Positions 55,506 to 64,000 of a DNA stretch of 64,000 bases are shown here, piece by piece. Within the stretch, counting starts at the first letter, position 1. Every line of letters starts with the position of its first letter. The notes beneath the pieces were generated by a model, which saw only the letters and a list, made by a program, of their open reading frames with translations, was not told the origin of the DNA and made no database searches. The DNA comes from Octopus vulgaris (taxonomy: Eukaryota). A program made the position numbers and the translations under genes. The DNA lies in the NCBI GenBank assembly GCA_951406725.2, contig OX597814.1, positions 79,360,001 through 79,424,000 on the forward strand. The letters are read 5' to 3'.

Positions 55506-55507
<2 letters not shown>
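55294..55507 (-). mobile_element. Dong-like family 1 3' fragment within (TAA)n
   Basis: Reverse complement of 17040-17252 with few mismatches; (TTA)n on both sides on the plus strand. Confidence 0.93.
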
Positions 55508-55587
<80 letters not shown>

Positions 55588-55599
55588 TGCAGCAGCAGT

Positions 55600-55775
55600 T
55601 ATTTAGCGAGTTAGTAGAACCGTTAGCACACCGGCCGAAATGCTCAGCGGCATTTCGTCCCTCTCTAAATTCTTAGTCCAAATTCCGCCGAGTTTGACTT
55701 TGCCTTTCATACTTTCGGAGTTGATAAAATAAGTACCAGCTGAACACTGGGGTCGATTTCATCGACTCAGCGCTT
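55600..55775 (+). mobile_element. SINE family B copy
   Basis: Head and core motifs present. Confidence 0.85.
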
Positions 55776-55876
55776 ATCCGTTATAAGATTTGATATGGGT
55801 AACGTATGAAACTCTCAACCCGCTTATGTAGCTTTACATCTAAATAATTCAGTTTCATATACATACATACATACAT

Positions 55877-55938
<62 letters not shown>

Positions 55939-55959
55939 CTATATATATATATATATATA

Positions 55960-57859
55960 CTAAATGCTGTACCCGGTAATTCCCGAGGGTAAAGATGTTC
56001 TATTGAAACATCTTATTACTCTGATATAAGAAAACAATTTCATTAGAACTTCCACAAAAGGTGTATTTTCCGTTGTGAAAAGGTACAAAAAAATATCAGC
56101 TGGAGGAGGGAGAGATTGTTGGAGATTGGCAAGCGAGGTATTCGGAGGTTGGCGAGTAAATACTCTGACTCGCCGTGGCATTTTAAAAGTGAACTTAATG
56201 AAAGCTAATTTATTAAAGGTAATATATAAATGTAGTATATATGTATATAAATATATGAATGAAGTGTTTCATGTCTAAGAATGAAATGAAGAAAGTGAAA
56301 TAATAACGTTCACATTCACTGATGGTAGCTCCCAGTAACTGCTTTTAACTTACGGAGTTCTTGTTTTTATAACTATGGAAAAGCAGCCAGAAGGATAGAC
56401 ATATTGTTGAGAACAAATGATTTCGTTGGAGGGCTGTTATCTCCATTCCAGCCCCTGGTGGCCTAGAAGAGGTTAGAAGGGTCAAGTGGCAAAGACATTA
56501 TTCTGCTTAGCGAAGGCATCTGGGAAATGTATAACTGCTGTCATTCACAGAAAATCTATTGTTTTACCGTGAGAAAAGCACTGTTGAAGTGTTAAGTGAA
56601 ATTTGGTAATCGAGGATCAAATCTACGCTATGCCTGCATGAAGTCACTACAAATACGTTGTGGAATAAAAGATTTATCTACTGTCATGGAAAAAGTGTAA
56701 CTGTAAAAATGCAGAAATATCGGAGTAATGGGCATTCAAAAAAGTATGTATGTATAGAAACGTATGAATGAAGTCTTTAAGGTTTAAGATTCAAATCAAG
56801 GAAGTGCAATAATAATGTTCAGCAGTTCAAAACTGAGTAGTGAAGTCCAGAATTAGGTCGGCTGATCGTGAAAATCAAATATTGACCGCTTCGCTAAAAA
56901 CTGCAGGTGGTGGGTTATTTCCCTTGGGTGGTTTAAATAACATATTAGTAATATGTAGTAGATAGAAAGATGCATTGGCGGGGCCGTATTATCGATTTTT
57001 CAACAATCTAAGTATGTCACAAGGTTTCCAGACATGAGTTCTCCTCATGTGTCAAATAAAGTATAAAAGTGATATTGTCTTCAAAAATTAGAAACAGGAC
57101 ACAGAAAAACTCAACATTCAAAGTAATCGAACATAAGCGATGAAACCTGTAAAATATTTCTAAATTCGATGGCTCAATTAGTTTGATGAAAATATTGTAT
57201 GAACTGTAAATAAGCAATAAATATTATGATTTGTAAAATAAGTATAAGTGATACAGGGTGTTCCAACTGAATGTGGTGTGGAAGTTTGGTGTCATTTTAA
57301 AAGAATTTTAAGCATTCAAAGTATGAGTTCATTGCATTGGGACACACTTATTAAATACATTCTGGAATCAAAAATTTATGTACTGTCATCGAAAAGTTTT
57401 AACTGGAAAAATCCAGAATTATCAGAGTTATGGGCATTGCAAGTGTACATGTATCAAGATAGTGCAATAATAAGGTTTAGTAGTTGAAAACTGTGAGTAG
57501 TGAAATGCAGAATTAGGTCCGCTGATCGTGAGAATATAATACTGATCGCTTCATTAAAAACTAACAACTGTAAGTGCAGGTGCTATGGGTCATTTCCCTT
57601 GAGTACTTAAAAAGATATTGTGCAGGTGCTCTGGGTTATTTCCCTTGGGTGGTTTTTTAAAATAGTTATATTGGGTAAATATAAAGATCCCTTCCAGGGG
57701 CTGTATTATAGATTTTTCAACAATCTAAGTATGTAACATGGTTTCCAGACATAAGTTCTACTCATGTGTCAAGTTTTATCAAAATCAATAAAACAATGTA
57801 GGAGGAGTTAGCTAACAATGCCACAAACAAACACACCAATTTTCCACATATGTAGTAGA
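55960..57859 (-). mobile_element. Non-autonomous Helitron-like element (~1.9 kb) with internal duplication
   Basis: Minus strand starts A|TCTACTACATATG... followed by gtgtgtttgtttg, and ends with the GC-rich imperfect hairpin ccctcgggaattaccggg then ...TTAG|T. No TSD, no ORF. Confidence 0.65.
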
Positions 57860-58219
57860 TATATATATAATTACATCTTAAAATTTTTATATCTCAGTCA
57901 ATTGTTTTTCGAACGATATATATAAAGCGTTGGACAAAATACCATGTTCTGTTATGTCCTTTTATGATTTGTATTAAAACATTGCAAACTCAAATTTTCG
58001 TTTTATTCTCTCGCGTCGATAGAATAAGCACTAGTTATTTTTGTTGTGGTTTTTTAAATCTAAGTCAAACCTGATCAAGCAAACCTGTGATCAAAGTATT
58101 TCAGCAATGATCACGCCGTCCTTTTCATGGTATGCATACAAATACATTATCTGATATATTGTTTTCTTCTTTAAGAAAGTAGGTTGTTATTTGAGAGAAA
58201 TTTGGCTGTTATTTGTGTT

Positions 58220-58940
58220 AATATTGGTTTCAAATTTTGGTATAAGGCCAGCGTTTCCGGGGTCGAGGTTAAGTCGAATACATCGATCCCAGTGCTCAAC
58301 TGGTACTTATTTTATCAAACCCGAAAGGAAGAAAAGCAAAGTCGATCTCGACAGAATTTGAACTCAGAACGTAAAGACGGACAAAATGACGCTAAACATT
58401 TTCCCCGGCGAGCTAACCATTCTACCAGTTCGCCGCCTTTATCTATGCAAAATAATAAAGCATCATTTAAAAGGTGGCGAGCTGGACGACTCGTTAGCAC
58501 GCCGAGTAAGATATTTGGTGGCATCTCGTCCGTCTTTATGTTCAGTGTTCAGATACTGCTGAGCTCGATTTGTCTTTCGGATTCAATAAAATATGTATCA
58601 GTTGTAATCGACTTATTCTCCCCCAAGTATCAGATGTAATCGACTTATTCCTCCCCTAAAATTGCTGGCTTTGTGCAAAATTTTGATACCAATATTAAAA
58701 CATTATTTTTACTAAGCTATAAGGCAGCAAACTGGCAAAATCGTTAGCCCATCTGACAAAACAATGTTATTTCTTTCGGCTGTTTTACGTTCTGAGCTCA
58801 AATCTCACCAAAGTCATCTTTAGCTTTTGTCTTTTCGGCGACGATAAAATAAAGTAACAGATAAGTACTGGGGTTACTGTAATCGACTAACCCTTTCTCC
58901 TAAAATTGCTATCATTGTGCCATGATTTGAAACAATTATT
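58220..58940. mobile_element. Three SINE family B copies (one minus, two plus)
   Basis: Minus copy 58220-58440 lies head-to-head with plus copies at ~58470 and ~58720. Confidence 0.8.
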
Positions 58941-60013
58941 ACCTTGCTGTATTACGGTTCTTTATATTTTTGAACTCTAATCTTGGTAAAGTCAACGTTA
59001 CCTTTTATCTTTCCAGCGCATCTTCCTCGCTATCCTCCGGAGCATCGCCTTTTCTATTTTGTCTGCTTGTGCCATGAAGAATGTTAAACTATGATAGAAG
59101 AAAGTGGCTTTTACTTCAATTAGTCTAGAATTGTCGCCCTTCACTGATAACTGTACTGAAATGAGTCGTATTCTTTTTTTCACAAGGAGCTCCTATATAG
59201 TCTACACTTTTTGAACTTTATTCCTTTCAATGTCAATAAAATAAAGTACCTATCAAATACTGAATTCTATTTAATCGATTATATACTATCTTATAAATTT
59301 GTAGCATCGTGTCCATCCTCGTAAAAAGTGGGTAATTTATGTAATTATTTGACGTGGTGCAAATAGAGTCCAAATCTCCCTCACAATTCATTTGACCGTC
59401 TCAAATTAGGAAAGATTCTATTGGTTAACATTAGATATGTTCCCCCAAAAGACAAGGCAAGTAGTCACGGCTGGCATGCATTTGTTTATAGACCTGCTAG
59501 ATCAGGGTTTGATTTGAAGGTAAAGAAGAAACACAACAACGGGAAGATCAAGGAGAACATCAAGCGTCCTCGTCGAGAGTAATAACAGTAACAACAATAA
59601 CGGCAGCAGCAACATCATTAATATTTTAGTGTGTGAAGATGGAAAACTTTATATTAATTTATCGTTGTATAAACACGTTAGAATATCACGAGATTCGTTT
59701 ACAAATTATACAAGCATCCACAAGAGTACAATTTACGACTTGCATCGTCGTTTCAGTTACATTGTATTAGCTGTTTTCTTCAATAGATTCGCTACTGAGG
59801 TTTAGGAATAATGGAGTGGTTGTGTTGGCTTTGGTAGAGGTGGTGGTGTTGATAGTGGCGGTATTAGTTGTGCAGAAGCTATATCTAATTAGAGAAGTAA
59901 TCACGAGTGACAATAGATGACCATCAATTACTTTCGTCCTTTCTTTTCATTCCTTCTTTAATTTTTCTTCTTACTCTTTGGTATTTCTTTTCTTTTACCA
60001 GTCTATCTATCTG

Positions 60014-60085
<72 letters not shown>

Positions 60086-60232
60086 ATTATCTATCTATCT
60101 ATATGTCTGTTTGTTCGTCTGTCTGCCTGTCGTCTTGTTTCTCTCCTCTCTCTCCTTCACGTTTGTTCTCCGTTTTCGTAGCTTTTCTTACTTTCTCTTT
60201 CTCTCTTCATTACTGCTTGTCTTTCTCTTTTA

Positions 60233-60283
<51 letters not shown>

Positions 60284-60518
60284 CTTGCTAGCAAGCTAGC
60301 TAGCTATTTATGTATGCATACATACTTAAATAGAAACATTTTTTATTATATCTTTTTATCAGCATATGTGTCTAGTTACATCCATACTCACATAAAAGTC
60401 ATACATTCCTCCAGTCATATGTCTTATTCAGCACATCTAAGGATTTTATCTGCGCTTATAGATATACATTCGTTCATACATACATACATACATACATACA
60501 TACATACATACATACATA

Positions 60519-61437
60519 ACGAAAATTGGAACACAGAACTATTTGCATTCAATAAAACAGTGGCCCACAATGTGATTGCAGTGCCAGTACTCACACCAGC
60601 ATTGGGGCTGCTTTATTGGATGCTTGATTAGATCCGAGCCATTGATGTGAAAACCCGAAAAATACTAACAAGCACACATAATTTCCACATAAACAGTGAC
60701 GTAGACCGCCTCTATCTAAAACGAAAACAAGGCGGCAGAGGGGTAACACCAATCCAAGATGCCTTTGAATGTAGCATCATATCCTTTCGGCAACATCTTT
60801 TAACCGTCAAGCGTCGAAATGCATCCCTTGACCAAGTTTGCATACATGAGGCTGATAACATCATAAGACTTGAAAGGCAGCTCCTTGAGCAAGACGCTTT
60901 CTCCGATAACCTAGAATACATGCCCAAAGAATTCGCACGACTCTACAGCAGCATATCAGCAGATGAAAGGATGAGCCTAAACGGGTGGAATGTTCCAGTG
61001 AAGATCTCATTAAAATGTAAGCACAACAGACCTGATATAATGATTTGTGATAGAGAAGAGAAACTGTGCACAGTTGTGGAAATTAGCTGCCCAGCAGATG
61101 CTAACATGAAGCTGAAGATTAGTGAACAAGAAAACACCTATGATGTACTATTGAGAAATCTATATTTACTCTATCCAGATTACAAGTTCAGGTTTACACT
61201 TGTAATTATTGGGACCCTGGCATATTTAACATGCTACCTAAATACCAGTCTTGAGAAATTAGGCTTCTCAAAACCAGAAGGGAGAAAGCTAATTCGAAGA
61301 CTACAGATCCAATCCATCACTGGAACTGTAAAAATCTGTAAAACTTTCCAGAAGTTTATCATTTAAATATATACGAGCATGTCTTGATATGTAACTATAT
61401 GCATGAGAATACATACACAAAACATACAAATCTGCGC
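60519..61437 (+). mobile_element. RLE LINE family 3, 5'-truncated and internally deleted, within (TACA)n
   Basis: WNTELFAFNKTVAHNVIAVPVL, SDVDRLYLKRKQGGRG, then a jump (no CCHC/RHD) to KCKHNRPDIM...VEISCPAD. (TACA)n directly on both sides. Confidence 0.92.
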
Positions 61438-61799
61438 ATACATACATACATACATACATACATACATACATACATACATACATACATACATACATACATA
61501 CATACATACATTCATATATATATATATGTGTGTGTATGTATATATCTATATATATACGCATATGTATATTAACATATATATATATGTATATATGTATGTG
61601 TGTGTGTGTCTGAACAATAGTTATCCGGACCGTTACCATAGTAACGAAGCTAAAGCACCCAGAGTGAAGTTGCTTGACGCGGATTGACCCTGAACTCTGA
61701 TGTGCATGCGCAATAAGTTTTAACGTTCTGGCTCACATTCGCTGTTTACAGCAGTGCTTGGAATGATGGTGTGTAGCGTGTGATCTATCTATCTGTCTG

Positions 61800-61870
<71 letters not shown>

Positions 61871-61884
61871 GTGTAATGAAAGAG

Positions 61885-61964
<80 letters not shown>

Positions 61965-63114
61965 GTAGGAATGTATAGGACATCATTTCACAAACCGAAT
62001 ATACTGCCTTCATCTTTGTTATCCTCATATGTATGATCCCTGAAGAATTCTAAACCATAAAATTAACTGGAACATCATTTCATACATTCAAGCAAAAGTG
62101 TATAATAAAATAACCCTTACCAACTATCTTAGGGCCTTTCGAAATCTTTTCCTCCAACTTCTAAATGTTCAATAGATATTCTGCTCTAATTTCGTCCAAC
62201 AAGCAGAGAATTTTCCCACCCATTATCTTTACAAACAGTTAAACTACACAATTCCAAGCTTCCTTAGGCCTCAGCCTTTGTGTATTTCCTTTTTTAAACA
62301 TATGAACTCTAAATATGTAATCCAATAAATATCGTTATGTCTTTGTATATTCTTACGTCTCTATATATCTTATTACTCCTCTTTGCTCGTGGGATTACAT
62401 GCATTTTCAATATTTAATATATTGATATGAGCGATTATGAACATTCCAGTAAAATGTCCGTAGTTGTTGATGTGCTGCCCGCCTGATTGAAGTATTACGT
62501 AGTTGTAACGTATTTGTGGAGCACTTACCGTTATGTATATTTATATGTGTGCATATCCGTATGTTAGTATATGCAGACCTTCCTAGCTCGATGTAATTTA
62601 AATTAAAAGTTTATGCTAAAGCTACTATCTTTCCTTAATATAACTCAATTCCATTCAGAATAGGACATTACGAATGAGAACCAAGCAGTAGTAACCAACA
62701 TGTCTACTCATATAACTACTAATATAGCCGGCTGAAAACAGGATCAAATACAATAACGTTTAAATGTAGCTCCTATAATAATTATTTAGCCGTACCACCA
62801 TCACATTTTTAATCGCACTGCACGAATCATTCAACTATAATGGCTATAGAATAAACCTTACCCATTTAAAAGCTGGGAAAATAAGTTAACTGCATTAATC
62901 TTAACAGCTAAATCGATACAATATATTTTAGACATAAATTGTTAACATATTACACCCAACTATTCATAAACTTCCTACATTCAACACTATGTAGATTTTG
63001 GTGACATTCCATTTACTAGATTATTATGGTTCGATCAACTTTATATATTCTATTTCCCACCTCCCAAATAAACGATGTGATCATTAAAGGAAATGGAAGT
63101 TAGATTATATATCA

Positions 63115-63360
63115 CGTGATCACCGAACAGACTATCAGATGTTGTTACACATCGCTGGAGACAATGCGCTTTACATCGTTTTAGCCTTCGACGATGCTAC
63201 TCCGCTGACTAGGCAGACTAACATTCCACCTCATCCTCCAATCGAAAGTGGGACTGGAGCAACACCCAAGAACACTGATCTCGGAATAGAAGTCCGAGAA
63301 TCGAATTCTCGATCTAGCAATCGTGAGTGCAACAGCTCAACCACTAGGCCACGCACCTTC
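63115..63360 (-). mobile_element. tRNA-derived SINE
   Basis: Minus-strand head ggtgcgtggcctagtggttgag...ttcgattctc with Pol III A and B boxes. Confidence 0.75.
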
Positions 63361-63382
63361 ACAGATTATATATATCTATGTA

Positions 63383-63570
63383 TGCGTGACAGAAGTAAAT
63401 AGACAATTCATAAAACATTGGTTTATGTTTATTTAACTTAAAAAGGTATATATTTTTTTACTAATGGACATTTTTATGTTTCAGGTTCTATATGTGACTG
63501 TTAAATCATGCCGCGTACAAAAGAAGCCCTGGAACTGTCCAAATTTCAAAGAGGCCTTATTGTGAGGCAA
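63383..63570 (+). mobile_element. Tc1-like transposon 5' remnant
   Basis: TIR-like gcgtgacagaagtaaatagaca, splice acceptor tgtttcag, then MPRTKEALELSKFQRGLIV (Tc1 N-terminal ELS.F.RG.IV). Confidence 0.6.
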
Positions 63571-64000
63571 AAATGTTTTAAAAGGTCCTTCTAACAACCT
63601 TTTATCAACTGATTAAAAAAAATCCCCATACGTTTTGTAAACGTCTGACGATGTTTTAATTAAAAGTCTGTCCTTGGGGGTTTTGAGGATGAAATCCTCA
63701 AATTCCTTTCCATCTGTCTCTTTTTTGCTTTTGCTTTGACTTACAAAATCCATAAATTCACTGTTGCACTTGTTTACAACTGTAAAATTGATGGATACAT
63801 TTCGTCTACAGTCTGATGACTATTGTTGTTTTTGAAGTTCTGTAATTGGTTGTTTTTGTGTTTCTGTGATTTCATGTTATTGATGCTGTTGCTGTTTTTG
63901 AAGTTTTGCAGTTGTGGTTTCAGAATATGTTTTTGCTGATTCCTCGGAGTAGATCTATGTACTCTCCTTCTGTTTCGCCTCCCCACTTCGGTCAGTGTGA

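Noticed and set aside
58998-59183. Possible host exon with a GT donor (...AMLRRIARKMRWKDK)
   Set aside because: The peptide resembles the RTE LINE motif MLR.I..I.W.DK, and no supporting exons were found.

Overview
AT-rich, repeat-saturated animal intergenic or intronic DNA. I can support no host protein-coding gene, rRNA, true tRNA or CRISPR array. The dense (TA)/(CA)/(TACA)/(TCTA)/(TAA) microsatellites and the tRNA-derived SINE families resemble an Octopus-like cephalopod genome; this is recalled, not searched. Most short ORFs in the track are microsatellite translations. The recognisable content is transposable elements. Non-LTR: at least three families of restriction-like-endonuclease (R4/Dong-type) elements sitting in microsatellites, one with an uninterrupted ~490-codon 3' ORF, plus Tx1/L1, CR1/L2-type and RTE fragments. 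LTR: one internally deleted Gypsy element. Penelope-like: remnants with hammerhead-ribozyme-like motifs. DNA transposon relics: MULE-FLYWCH, hAT, Tigger/pogo, mariner, DD37D maT, Tc1 and piggyBac. Also a foldback MITE, a non-autonomous Helitron and many SINE copies. The best leads are apparent partitioning of microsatellite targets among LINE families, inverted (TAA)n(TTA)n arrays at the 5' junctions of one family, and a near-canonical type I hammerhead inside an inverted-repeat-flanked element. I see no convincing novel gene system. Boundaries were read by eye and are approximate.
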